A stretch of 64,000 nucleotides of DNA from the NCBI RefSeq assembly GCF_009914755.1, contig NC_060926.1, one strand, 5' to 3'. The position numbers and the translations under genes were made by a program. The DNA comes from the human T2T-CHM13v2.0 reference genome, Homo sapiens. Each line of letters opens with the position of its first letter. Within the stretch, counting starts at the first letter, position 1. Shown piece after piece: positions 40,460-53,366 of this stretch. The notes below the pieces were generated by a model, which searched no databases, was not told where the DNA came from, and worked only from the letters and a program-made list of their open reading frames with translations.

Positions 40460-42234
40460 TCAAGTTTTTTTGGACAACCCTGTTAAAATGTCTGCTCTTG
40501 GGAGGTAAATAAGTTTCCTTTCCCACACTACTTAGCAGATTCTGAAGGAGCAAGGTGCCTGAGTGATTAATAATGCCTGCCCTGGACACTATGGATGAGA
40601 ATTTGTTTGATGAGAAAGAGTGAGTAGACTCCAACACAGAAATGAGAGCTTGCTATCAAGGAAATGTCTTTCTGTGAACATATAAACATTCTGAGATAAC
40701 TTAAGTGGGAAAAGATGTGATTAGGCTGAACCTTTTCACCATGTCTTTGTTTGCTTGAGTTATTTATTACCCTGGACTTTCTAGAGGTTTTTAAAAAGTG
40801 TTATTGATATAGACTCTGGAAAATGTACGCAGGTATTTCAAGATATTTCAAACATGTCACAGTTTCTAAGGACATCAAATAGCTCTTCAAAGCCTCATGG
40901 ATTTTTAAAACATGAAATGTTCTTCTTGGAGGATAATAGGCTCCAATGCTCTGGGTTTCTAACCTCTAATTCATTAACAGCAAAGCTGACTTGTAGCAAA
41001 ATTTTTTTTTCCTTGCAAGCAATATGTGACTCCTTTGAGGGAGATAACAGTTTAAATATAAATAAATGACCAGCTCCAGTGGAAAGATTCCAGTTTCCTT
41101 GAGGTGTTTGCTTTCAATTTATTGCCAATTCTCCCATCAAAATTTCCTACCCTGAAAACCTACTCTAGGTCTGAACATGTTTAGAACAACCCCCTTAAAA
41201 TCGTTCTTGTTCTTATATGTTAAAGCTATGCTATTCCCATTTTAAAATATTGCAAAAGGCTAAAGTGGACTTTACACATATTTAGGGAAATATTTTAGCA
41301 TTATCAAACTCATTAGTGTTATTGGCTCTGACTTACAAAAATGAAAATAAAATAGCAAGGCCCAAATGGAACTGGTTCCTTCTTCCAGGCATTTCTAAGC
41401 CATTTGAAGTAATCAAAGCAAACACCTCAGTTCTTTTATTTCAAAATCACCTTCCAGATGGATTTGGCTTATTTTATTCTATTTAGCTTAGCCAGCGGTC
41501 CCATGACATTTGCATTATTTTTAATCCAATGACAGATTGCTTTGTGATTTGGATTTTCATGAACTGCCATTTATGTGTCATTAATTTTTGTTAGTAGATG
41601 ATCAGCTTTTTTGAAAAAAGACATACAATGTGAAAATTGATCTCTCTCTCCATGCATATTGTAAATATATGAATTCAGAACACACAGTCAAATCCTAATT
41701 CTCTTCTTTAATCGTATGCCCGGCCTCCACAAGTTAACATTCTAAGACATTTACTATGTCATGTCATCTGCAATGTGTCCCCTACTTGTTTTATATTATT
41801 TTTCACTTTTGACAATACTATTATTTGTTTTTAAAGCAAGCTGTTACAAAATAGCATTTATTTTATTTCTATCTTACCTCAGGAAGTTCACCATTCTGAA
41901 GGGTAAAAGATTGCTAATTACTTAACTATTCCCTACTTAACCAAGGAAGGTTATTTTCTATTCAAGTAAAATACTTGTTGATGACGTTATATCTTAGATT
42001 ATTAAAAATATCTTAGATTATTAAAAGGATATTAATATTGATTTTAAAGGTCTTATTCTGAGAAATTTTTTGGTAAATTTATTGAACTTTTGTGTATGGA
42101 TTTAATCTTTGTAAAAACAGTAAGGAATATGAAAGGACAAAATCAAACATGTTATACACCTACAGTATGCAGAACATCACCCTACATGAAACAATTGGGA
42201 AGATCAATATAAGCAAAACATGATTTTTTTAATA

Positions 42235-42750
42235 TTTACTCCCATAAATACAACTGGACCTCTGATAAATCACCTAGATGTAACATACACACCTCAAACT
42301 CAGTATGTCCAAAGTTATACTCAGCATTGTAGCACTTCAACATCCTTTATATTTCCGCAATCTAGGTTGAGAGCATTGATGTATACTAAGTTGGACTAGT
42401 TAGGTATTTGAGAATTGTCCTTCCTCGTCACTGTTAACCATTCAGTCACCAACAACCTCTTATTAAAGAGTGTTTAGATATCATGCCCACAATGAAGCTG
42501 TTTCCCTTCTCCTATCCCTACTTGACTCAAGGTAAATTGCTATTCCTTTTGTTCATTTAGCATCTCGCATCCTACTAAAACACTGTCATACAGTGTTAAA
42601 ACCTTTAGTTTGTGTCTATTTTTCTCATTGTATTGTGAGCTCTTGTGTTTCAGTGCTTATGTCTATTTGTGTTTCTATACCCAACACTTAAGCACAGTAG
42701 TTGGCAGAAAGTATTCAGTAGGTGTCTGAAGAAATACTTGGATGATGTGT
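42235..42750 (+). mobile_element. L2 LINE fragment
   Basis: cacctcaaactcagtatgtccaaa..attgtgagctctt..agcacagtagttggcag. Confidence 0.65.
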
Positions 42751-43469
42751 AGATGGAAAAATGTAGCGATAGACTGGAGGATAAAAAGTCAGTGATAATT
42801 CAACATTTCAAGAGGTGTAGTTGCACTTTCCTTTGAAAGAATGTGGTTGACTTCTGCAGTCGAATTCTGTTTCTGTTGAAACTGAACACCTGTTGCAGCA
42901 TAAGTCCTGTTTGAATGAAGTAGCATGCAGCTAAGGACATAGGCTTTCAGAAATATTCAGTTGATAACATAAGCTGTAGCAAGAGTCATTTCAAATACTT
43001 ATTACGATGTTCTTCAGCTTTGGTGATATAAGGAATTAGGCTGCACAAATATTGATAAATGGAAGAATCACAATTCAGATAAGTCTTTGCTCCAGTCTTT
43101 CTGCCCATTCAAAACACAAAATGAGGAGAGTATAGGGAACAGAAATCTTTTAGAAGTTGAGTGGTATTAAGAAGAGTAGGAATAGAGGCAGGGGAAAAAA
43201 AGACAATGTCCTATAGAAAGGCCTATAAAACAGCTCTCCTGCCCCTATTTGCTTTTCATGGACTGTAATAGCACAAGATGGGAGGAAACATCTGTTTTCT
43301 TTTAAACATAGTATTTTGATGTTTTAAGAGAATCATAATAATTAGCAGAAGTCTAATTTCCTGTGGTTAGGGACAGCAGATACCTATGGGATGGAATAGG
43401 GAGAATGAGTGTAGCAGATCTTGGTAGATTTTGAGGGCTGAGGATTCATCTGCTCTGGATGGCTCTGGG

Positions 43470-43640
43470 AAATAGCATGGAGGAATGGTAAGATCATGGG
43501 CTCAGTGGTTAGATGGCCTGGGTTTACATCTTGGCTTCACCACATGTTAGCAGTGTGATAATGGGCAAGCTATATGCTTCTAAGTCTCAATTGGTCAAGC
43601 CTTGTCTCAGGGCTGGTTGTGAGATAGAATGAAATAAACG
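43470..43640 (+). mobile_element. MIR SINE
   Basis: cctgggtttacatcttggcttcaccac..tagcagtgtgataatgggcaag..gttgtgagatagaatgaa. Confidence 0.6.
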
Positions 43641-44364
43641 AAACTCAGGGAACTAGTTCAGAAAACAGCACATGGTCTAATTTGTTAAATGTATGCCCTT
43701 GTTTTTAAACTAGCTGAAAATAAGCAGTTTCTCTTAGGTTAGATACAGGAACTTAATGGGATATCCTATAGGAATATAAAAGGCCCTTAACCAGGAAAAG
43801 ATGGATATGTCTTTCTGCTGAAAAGGCCTGTCACTGTAATTCAGGTCAGCTTGAGGAAGGGCTGAGAGGTGGTTGATTTTTGAGGCCATTTTAAAACTAG
43901 CAAGACTGGACCAGGTAAAGGATTAGATGACTAATAAGAGTAGCTGAGCCCTGCCTAGTATAAATGTGCTTCAGAATAATGGAGCAAATCCAAGACAAAT
44001 TAGCAGAGATCAGTTTCCAGTGTCTATTTATTTCCATAAGGGTGACTCAAGGCCAGGAAGAACAAGGAAGGGCTGAGCTCTGGGCAGCAACATACCTGAG
44101 GCCAGAGGCTATAGTCAGCAAGGATTTGGGCTATGAGGATGAGACTAAGAATCACAGATTGTGAGAGATGAAGCACTTATCAGACATAGCCATGATGTTA
44201 AAAGGATGTTGCCAGGTTTAGGGGACAGGCTTCCAGCCTGTTCATTAGTAGAAAAGAGTTCATTTTGGATAGGCAATAACTAAAAAACAAGACCTGAGAG
44301 ATCAAGTGATGCTTCGGGGGAACATTGCTCCATGGTGGGGTTCAGATGAGTGGGCCTTGGAGAG

Positions 44365-44565
44365 AGATAGTACTGGTCCTAATCCCTACTTTGCCAATGA
44401 CTGCAGGGACAACAACTTACGTTACCTCCCTAAGCTTCAACTTCCTCACTTATTAAATGGGGAGTAATAATCATTCCTACTTCGAGAATTTTTGAAAATT
44501 AAATCACACAATTAAAAGGACTCAATGTCAGGCGTCTAGTAAGTGCTCACTGAATTTTGATTATT
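44365..44565 (+). mobile_element. MIR SINE
   Basis: acctccctaagcttcaacttcctcacttattaaatggggagtaataat..tagtaagtgctca. Confidence 0.65.
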
Positions 44566-45729
44566 ATGAAAACTTATACGTATTCACTTACCTATCTTGT
44601 TGAAAACGCCATCATTACAATAAGTCACAAAAGAGAATGCAACTATGTTAAATAAATGTTCCTAAACTTGGTATTTAAAAACTGTTGCCATGCAGCTTTA
44701 TTCTAATATCTTTTCTTTAGGAAGTGAAGTTTTAGCCAACCTTGCCAATTGGAAAGCAGAGTTTTGGCACCATCTTGGAAAGGCATAAAGAAACCCATTT
44801 TTAAATTGGAAAGAATTGTGATTGTGCTGATAATGATCTAAATCATGAAAGTGCATCTACAGAAAAGGGCAAAATGTAACCTTTGGAAATTCAACTTTTT
44901 TTAAAAGTCAAATTTTGTATTAACTTTAAATTGGGCTTATTGTTTGTGGAAATATTTGTTCCAGTTCAGTTGGCTGGATCTCTCACCTCCTCACTTTACC
45001 TTGCTGCAAATTCAAGATCTGCCTTAGCAGGTGGCTTGAATAAAATTCTTGGCTTTATATTTCAAAGCTATCTCACTCTCACACAGTGTATTAGGTTTAT
45101 TTACAGGATTCCTGCATCAGGTTTGAAAGGCAAAGGGGTTCTGAAGAAGAGACAGGCCCTCATATTTTTGCTGCAGAATTAAACACCATCTATTTGAAAA
45201 TGGAATCTGTGGTAAAAATCTCCAAATTTACTTGTAATCCCTTCTCTTCAGATCAGCTCAATTCTCCCAAGACTCACTCTTTGGGGACCATTTAATAATA
45301 CAATAGCAATATCATCTTGTTCTATTTCTACTAATTCTGTTGCCCAAAGCAAATCAATGAAACGTCCCTGTCATATTTTACCCTTTATTTACTCATAGCA
45401 TGCGATAGAATTAACTAATTTTATGAATTAACATTACTCATTTTTGAAACCTGACAGACTTACAGAGAACTGTGCATTGGCCAAAGGTGTTAGGTATTTA
45501 GCTTCTAAAGAAACTGTGACTTATCTGTTCCTGATTGTTCCCAACATTTTGCTGTCTCATCTCTGTCCTTCATTATTTACACTTCTACCTGGGGGTAAGA
45601 TGGGAAAGACGAAAAAGTAAAATTCATGTGAGATAACTGGCTATGATATTACCAAACTTGTGTATGACGGAAGTCCTGAAATCACTGGATAAAGTAAACC
45701 ATCAAGACAGTCTTTAGGTTTCATTAATC

Positions 45730-45912
45730 CAGTGGTTCTCAAACTTTGGCAAGTATCAGAACCTCCTGGATGGCTAGCTAGTTAAAACAAAGATTGCAAG
45801 GTTTTGATTCAGTAAGTAAGTTTTGGATTGGGCCTGATAAATGCGATTTCTAACAGATTCCCGGGTGATGCTGATGCTGTTGCACCTCAGGGACTAGGCT
45901 TTGAGAATCACC
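45730..45912. mobile_element. MER5A hAT-Charlie element
   Basis: cagtggttctcaaactt..atcagaacctcctgga..atttctaacagattcccgggtgatgctgatgctg..tttgagaatcac. Confidence 0.85.
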
Positions 45913-47064
45913 CCACTAATTCATGCTTGGCTTCTCTCCTGTTAACATGAATAACCTAGAGTTTGCTTTTCCTTAGCTATCTTTAGAAATTTGGGCTGTA
46001 TAAACGAAAGAGTATGGGGTTCAGCAGTGATTTTGGTATACGTGCATTTTGTATGGCATAATAGAAGTGATCAAGTAAGTGGGTTACTCCATCCATTTGG
46101 TTGAGTTAATTCACAAAGCAATTATATAAAACATCTTCCATTGTTTTCCCCAATGGTCAGACTACAAGCTTTTCTGGTGATGGAAAAATTGAGCTCATTT
46201 GATTGACATTTTTAAAAACACAGCGCAACATTAATTTAGCTTAAATAAGGGATATGGAACAAAAAGCAGCCAAAGGAACAGTATCACAGTTGTGTTAGAT
46301 ACAACTTCTGATAACCTCAATACTGCGTGGGACATATTTTGTTAATAAGAAATGATACGAAGCTAAAGTGAATGCCAGTCACGTCAGATGGAAGAACCAT
46401 AAGATCTACAGTCTCTCAGTTTAAACACTTTCTTAGTCACCTAGCCCCCAGAAGGCTTAATGCAGCTACAGTTCATGAAGTTCATGAATTACAGGCTACA
46501 CAACAAATAATCTCTCCAACTAGGAACAGCATACTTAAGAACATCTTTGCTTCCTTCAGTTAACTGTAATTGATATATCTCATTAGTTGATGTTACAAGA
46601 AGTTTGATGAAAGATCAGACTATGCTCAAACATCCCTGAGGCTGGAATGATATTTGCAGTTCAGCTGTTAATTCTTTTCTTTCACTAGCTCACATGTAGA
46701 CTCCTGGCTGATGGAGAGTCTAGGAAATGCATTTTTGAGCCTCACCAATCCTGAGCTCAGGATATAGAAATAGTGTATAGATAAATAGGTACTTCCATTG
46801 GTTGGGCTATAACATTGAGACATAACCCCAGCATCTGTGATGCAGGCAGTGAAGCAAGAAGGTTGAAGAAGATATTGAATGATCTAGTATACAGTACATA
46901 CCACACTAACTACTTAAAGACAGAAAAAAGGTAACCCAAAATATTCCTGGCCTAAAAGTCTGGTGATGGGCCTCTAAACCTATTCTCAAGTTGTGACTTG
47001 TCTTGGCATTTTTAAAAGCCATCCTATCCAACAAGGTGACAGTACAGATGAGTAGTATCTTTAA

Positions 47065-47232
47065 AGACTAAAACCTGTGCTAGTTACTGGACCTCTGCAT
47101 GTATCAGCTCTCTCATTCTAAAAGGGCATGACGATAATGCCTATATTATAGAGTTGTTAACAAGAGCTAAGTGGGAAAATACAAATTTCTCATAATAGTA
47201 TTTGGCACATAGTAAATACTGAATATTTCATT
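47065..47232 (+). mobile_element. MIR SINE
   Basis: agttactggacctctg..tctcattctaaaaggg..tttggcacatagtaaatact. Confidence 0.6.
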
Positions 47233-47820
47233 AATGCATGGATGAGAAGGTCTCACTGAATGCTATGAGATCCTGACATAAGTATCAGTATTTATATAGG
47301 AGGTATACTGAGGACCTGTTAATAGTTAAATTGATACTCCAAGCTCAATTAACACCTCATAGAAGCAAGAACACCCATGGATTGTTCTTCTGCCTAAATG
47401 ACTGTATCCTCACCAACCCTGAGCTCAAGATACAGAAATAGCCTATAGATAGATACTTCCATTTCTTGGGCCATAAAATTGAGAGGTAACCCCTTATAAC
47501 TTTTTTTCTTTAGTGTCTGCCAAATGCTTGTCCAACATTTGAGTAAATGTCACCATTGCTAATTACCCTAATGTAATAATATGAGATGTTCTACTTTGGA
47601 AAACTTTTGTTACCTTGGAATTCCTACCTGCTAAGATGAGGGCTTTGCCATTAGCTGTATTGAGATTTTAAAAACCTTAACTTGTGATAATTTGCTCCTT
47701 TTCAGCAATACTATTTATTTGCACAAGGAAAACATTATTTTAACCGTGAAAGTACATCACCATTTTGTGAATTTGGGGCCTCCATTAACCCACATGTATC
47801 TCATTCTTTTCCTACTCTAG

Positions 47821-48108
47821 CTGGACAGTGCCACATCGCTTATCCAGGCAGCTAAAAACCTGATGAATGCTGTTGTCCTCACGGTGAAAGCATCCTATGT
47901 GGCCTCAACCAAATACCAGAAGGTCTATGGGACAGCAGCTGTCAACTCACCTGTTGTGTCTTGGAAGATGAAGGCTCCAGAGAAGAAGCCCCTTGTGAAG
48001 AGAGAAAAGCCTGAAGAATTCCAGACACGAGTTCGACGAGGTTCTCAGAAGAAACACATTTCGCCTGTACAGGCTTTAAGTGAATTCAAAGCAATGGATT
48101 CCTTCTAG
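47821..48108 (+). CDS. CTNNA2: Terminal coding exon of alpha-N-catenin
   Basis: Acceptor ttcttttcctactctag|CTG. Encodes LDSATSLIQAAKNLMNAVVLTVKASYVASTKYQKVYG...PVQALSEFKAMDSF, stop TAG at 48106-48108. Confidence 0.98.
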   Translation: MDSATSLIQAAKNLMNAVVLTVKASYVASTKYQKVYGTAAVNSPVVSWKMKAPEKKPLVKREKPEEFQTRVRRGSQKKHISPVQALSEFKAMDSF

Positions 48109-49020
48109 GACGATAGGTTTTAACAAGAAAGCTTTTTCTTTCTTTTCTTTCTTTCTTTTTCTTTTTAATTCCATTTTTGTATGCATACCTGCCAGCTCGT
48201 ATGCCTCTGGCATGGGGAAATTAAGGGAACAGTGTCTGTTTGCATGTAAGATGAGATGAGATCAATACTACTGATCCATCTGTAGCCTGGGAAGGAGACA
48301 GGACATTCCTGTACTAAGGTGGCACAGAGCTGTCCTTTGCAACATTCTCATAAAATTGGGCACAGAGTTCGCATTGGCGCAATATTTATGGGAGTGGGAG
48401 GGATGGGGAAAATAAACTTAACTCTACAAAAGCAAACTCTAATGCATGCAAGAATCATTAGGTTGGCAGGTATATGCATAAGTGAAAAATCTGGAAGTGT
48501 AATGGTAGAACATAAAACTTGTATTGCTTCTGTTTCAGTGCAAAAATGTACTAGCCAATACGCTTAAGTGTGTGGCCCATGAATTGAACAATTTAACCTT
48601 GAAGTCTATATCCGTGATATTATGTCGATTTTTAACTGAGGGGAAATTAACTAGTCCAGCCTAAAATGCTTCTTTTAATCTGCATTCTGTTTCCTCTTCT
48701 AGTTGTGCCATTACTAGTGATAATGTTTTTTTCCCCCCTTTAATGAAAACAATAAACATCTATTTGAGACAATTAAAATCCTTCTGGGGGCACTGGAAGC
48801 ACAATACGGTGACCAATCTTGCTTTCATTTTTTTTTCTTTTTTAATTTGAACCATGATTTTGCTAGAAATAGAAGGCCCAGTGGTGGAATATTAGAGGGA
48901 AGGAAACTGACAACGTGTGAAAGTTAGAGGCAAATACATAGGTGTAGCTTGGAGTGCTGGTATCTAATATACCATTGTATTCACTAACTAACTCAAAATA
49001 AACACATTTAATCTTGACAT
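48109..49020 (+). other. CTNNA2: CTNNA2 3' UTR (3' end approximate)
   Basis: Sequence with no recognisable interspersed repeat after the stop codon, up to AATAAA 48997-49002 and its downstream GT/T-rich element. Confidence 0.8.
48751..48777 (+). terminator. Candidate proximal polyadenylation signals
   Basis: AATAAA 48751-48756 and ATTAAA 48772-48777, with a T-rich stretch at ~48820-48849. Further AATAAA at 48411 and 49062. Confidence 0.45.
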
Positions 49021-49050
49021 CTCAAGTATGTTTTCTTTTTTAATTTTTTA
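48997..49050 (+). terminator. Likely main polyadenylation signal with downstream U/GU-rich element
   Basis: AATAAA 48997-49002, upstream TGTA at ~48976, downstream gtatgttttcttttttaatttttt. Confidence 0.7.
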
Positions 49051-50639
49051 AGTATGTACTTAATAAAGATTAGAGCATCATCTTCCTGAAAATTCATTAA
49101 AAAAATGCATTATGTTTTGGTTTTTAGAGATTAGTAATAAAATTTTAGAGATTAGTAATAATAAAATAGATGATATCCAAATAATTGTCATTTTTAGAGT
49201 TCACATATTTATTTTGTGGTTTGTTTTTCCACTTGTTTTCATTCACTTTCATACTGCATTGAAAATGACAGTCTTTCTTTGTAATAGAAGAGCCAATTAA
49301 TTTAAAAATATTTTACTCATTTTAGACTTTTTCCTTTTAAGTAAGTTGGAAAAACAGGACCTCTGTCCCATTATTAAAAAGTGGTGATAGTATTTCAACT
49401 ATGAACTGAGAAATGGAGAAAAAGTCCCCAAATAGTCACCTGAATTCTCCAAACTCCTCTCATTGGAATGATTGCTACAAGTTATCACATTACCATGTCT
49501 CCAAAAGGCTTCTAGTAAATATGCATGTTTCTTTCTTAGCAAAGAAGTGATGATAACACAATGGGAGTCATGAACACCTAAGCTTATGTGCAAGATCCCA
49601 AAGGGAAGGAGCTATAAGGGAGTTGTGGAAGGAGAAAAAGCTTAATCTAAAATCTTATTTAGAAATGATTCTTCTCAAACCCCTGCTTACTACTACTGGA
49701 AAATAACACCACCAAGACTGAGAACATTTCAGTAGAGGAGACACCACGGAAGCCGTACACTGATTTTCAACACTAATCATTAGATCACAGATAACTAACT
49801 AGCCTGCTTCATTAATTTGCATAAACATTCAGAGGGTGCCACTGACACACACTCACAGATATTTAAGGAAGGCCTTAACTGAGCCAGGTTCTAGGCTGAG
49901 CGCACCACTAGTTAAATGTATGGGTGACTTTTCTGTTAGCACATAACCATGACATAACAAGAAACCAGCATGCCATTTTTGCCCAATGACCTGAAGAACA
50001 AAGAAAGACAGCTTGTTCTTGGCAGCATATTTTTGATCTAAGGAATCTGAGTTTCTCCCAAACAGCAATAAAAATACCCTTTTGAGAAGTTTTTCCTGAC
50101 AAGAGCCACTCATTCTGTTTTTCTCCTCCCTAACAGATGCTTAGAGAAATGGAAAGATCTCTTTAGCCTCCCCTTCTTCACAGGATCTAGGGAAATAATA
50201 GAAATATTAAGGGGTTAAAGACAGGAAAGAAAAGTACATCAACCTAGTGATGATGATCCTATAGAAAGAAAGAGTCAACACAATGCCATTCAGAAGTCCC
50301 CAAGGAAATGTAATTAGCATAATTAACTTTCTGGATTCATACATTATTATTTATTGGGTCAAATATTTTGCAGACCAGCCAAGAAGCTTTTGAATTTTAA
50401 AAGTTTCTTGGCAAATCCTGAAAAATTGCCAGTAGGTATCAGAGGAATATATAGAGAATGCCCTTGACTTTGACCTATAAAACATTAAATGTTTCAATGC
50501 ACGCTTATGAACAGTGTTTATGTGTGTGTGTGTGTTGATTTCAGTGCTTACTGAGTAAGCATCATCACTATCCTTTCCATCATTGCTTTTGTGATCAAGG
50601 AAAACAGTAACTATTCAGAAAGATAAATATAGACACTTA

Positions 50640-51260
50640 GTTGAAACCATTAAAGCAATAAAGAAGTTGGTAAATTTCTTGTCCTCAAGAAAAATACAGT
50701 CTAATTGAGAACATATTACATAGACAAAAAAAATGTGCCAAGAAATCGTACTCAAAAGTACCAAATGAATATGGTAGAGAAATTACTGTGTGGTGCTAGT
50801 GAAGTCAAACCCATTGAAGACTAAAGTAGCTGGGTAAGAATAATGCAAGAAGCAGGACTTGGAAATGAGAAAATAAATACATTCTGAATGAATGAAAATT
50901 ATAAATCAGCAAATTTGGCAAGAGGGGTGATGGTTGGACATTCAAGGAAGAACAGCTTACTTTAAATATGTGAAGACAAGTGTAGTCAGAGGGAACACAG
51001 GATTTATCAAGGGGATTAAGGGGTATAAATGTGGAGATGAGATGTAGTTTGAAACTAAACTATGGAGGTCATAAAGGAGGGTGACCATTACCCAATAGGA
51101 AAGGTGGAGTTTTTAAGTGGGATGATGACACTGAAATTAATGATGTGTGGGGAGATGAGAGCTGAAAGGGGCTGAGAGTTAGAAGAGGCATATATGATAG
51201 AAACGTCAGAATGACTTTCAGTGACTTCTTGAATAACTATATATGGGGAAAGAATTATTA
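50640..51260 (-). mobile_element. L2 LINE fragment (very diverged)
   Basis: cttgtcctcaagaaaaatacagtcta and purine-rich L2-like body. Confidence 0.4.
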
Positions 51261-52260
51261 CAGTATATGCTTTCTTCAAGGAGATTAAAGAATAGAAAAT
51301 AGGAATAATTAAAAAGTGATATTTTAAGATGGGCTGGAAGGGTATATTTGAGGAACATAGAATCCTAAGCAAATACTTGTGGGTATTTTCTAAAGAAGCA
51401 TTTTTGGCTGCAGCAGGATGGATCCTCCTGATGGGAGGAAACTAAATAAATCTGTTTCCTATGCCCGCTATTCTAAGATGGATGTTTTGGAAGCCAAAAC
51501 TGTTATATTCTTCTAAGGACACAAAGTATCCAGGAAATCATAAGAGATCTACAGAAGATTTATAGTTTTTTTTCCATTAAGTATTGAAAACCATGAAGTC
51601 AACTTGATTCTTAGAAGTCAACCCTGTAAGCAATTGGTTATGATTTGGGCTCATGGGGAAATAGACTATACAAATGCCATCATGATGGTCATCAATTTTG
51701 GGGCATTAGTTATGTATAGGACACCTTTTATTCACTCGAGGCATAAAGATCTATAAAATAAGGTGTATAGCAGAATACCTAAGCTAAATAAGCATACCAA
51801 AATATTGTCATTCAAATTGATAAATTATAACTCCTAAATGTGCTGGTCATAGGTCATAAGTGATTTGACTTTTATTGCTGTGTCATCACACATTAATCCA
51901 ATTAAAAAGGCCAGTGCTTACTCTTGAAGATTGTGGCATCATTTAGAGGTAATGAGAGGGAAAAAAAATTATAGAAAAATGTCAGTAAAAATATACTAGA
52001 GTAGTGGAGTAATATCAGAAAGATGGTGGACTAGGAAGCTCCAGGTCCTTGTTCCTTCATGGAAACACAAAGTAAACAACATATTAACCACAATAGCTTT
52101 ATGGAAACTTTAGAAACAGTTAAGGATTTGCAGCAACCAAGATAATGTCCATCAAGAGAAAGCCACACTCAACATGGTAGGAAATTTGGGGTCATTTCTG
52201 CTCACTTGTGCCCCCACCCCCTCCCTGGCATGTTCAGGAGGGAAGCCACTCAATTCCTCG

Positions 52261-52660
52261 TGTTATAGAAGAGACCAGGTTCTTGTCACACGACCAGGAA
52301 AATTTAGGCACATGGACACATTGTAGGGTGAGTAGGGCAGAGTGCACTGGGTGAAAAAAAAGGCAAGAGCAACTCAGCAAAGCCAGAGAGAGTCCTGCTA
52401 GCAGGTTTCCTGCCTCACTGATTGAATCCCAGGTCACATAGTAACAGGCAAGGCCACGCTCCTCCCCCATGCAAAGGGCACGAATTCCGAGGCTCCACCC
52501 CATCCTCCCAGTGTTCAGGTGGGCATTATTCAGAAAGAATTAGTTGAGAAAGTGTGGGTGTCATCCACAACCAGCAGTCCAGTGTTTTCAGCTTTCAGGC
52601 TGTTTTAGGCTTGAAATCAGGGTTTCTCCAGGGACCCTTGGCTGTCTCCTGTCTCTATCA
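52261..52660 (-). mobile_element. MER61-like ERV1 solo LTR
   Basis: TG...CA termini. Reverse strand begins tgatagagacaggagacagccaagggtccc..ttcaagcctaaaacagcctgaa. TSD not evident. Confidence 0.75.
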
Positions 52661-53366
52661 TGAGTTCCTCCTTTACAATGGAAGAAAAAGAGTAGAACTT
52701 CTCCCTTGTTTTGTGGCTTCCTAGAGGAATAGTTTCTTTCTCCCCTAACTCAGAGAGTAATTGGGAATGATGATATAGTTTGAAAATCAGGTTTCAGGCC
52801 ACTGAAAGCCGCAATAGGCACAACAACACATTAAAGCTTTGGGGAATTCAAGACCTATGGGGTCCTGGAGGCAACAGAGTAGAGGCCGAGGAATACAATA
52901 GAAGACTTAAGGTCCTGAAAAGAATCAGAAGTAAGGCTCTTAAGGAAAATAGGATATATAAAAGCAGCTGTGTATACCGGGACTTGGGAGAAGGAAGAAG
53001 AACACACAGAGGCTCAGTAAATACATATGTTTAGAAATGACCTGAAAAGGCATAAGATTTCACACCATGCTGATGAGTGAATGTCTTCCCTTGGATGAGC
53101 CAATCCACAAAATTGGCATAGGTAGCTGTTTTTTCAAATGTTCAAGTATATGTGTCTACAAGAGACTCACTTTGGATTTAAGAACTGCATTAGATTGAAA
53201 GTGAAATAATAAGAAAGATATTCCATAAAAATAGTAACCGAAAGGGAACAGAGGTGGCTATATGAATATCTGACAAAATGGACTTTAAGTCAAAACTGTT
53301 ACAAAAGATAAATAAGGGCTCTATATAATAAAAGTGTCCCTGCACCAAGAAAATGTCATCATAATA

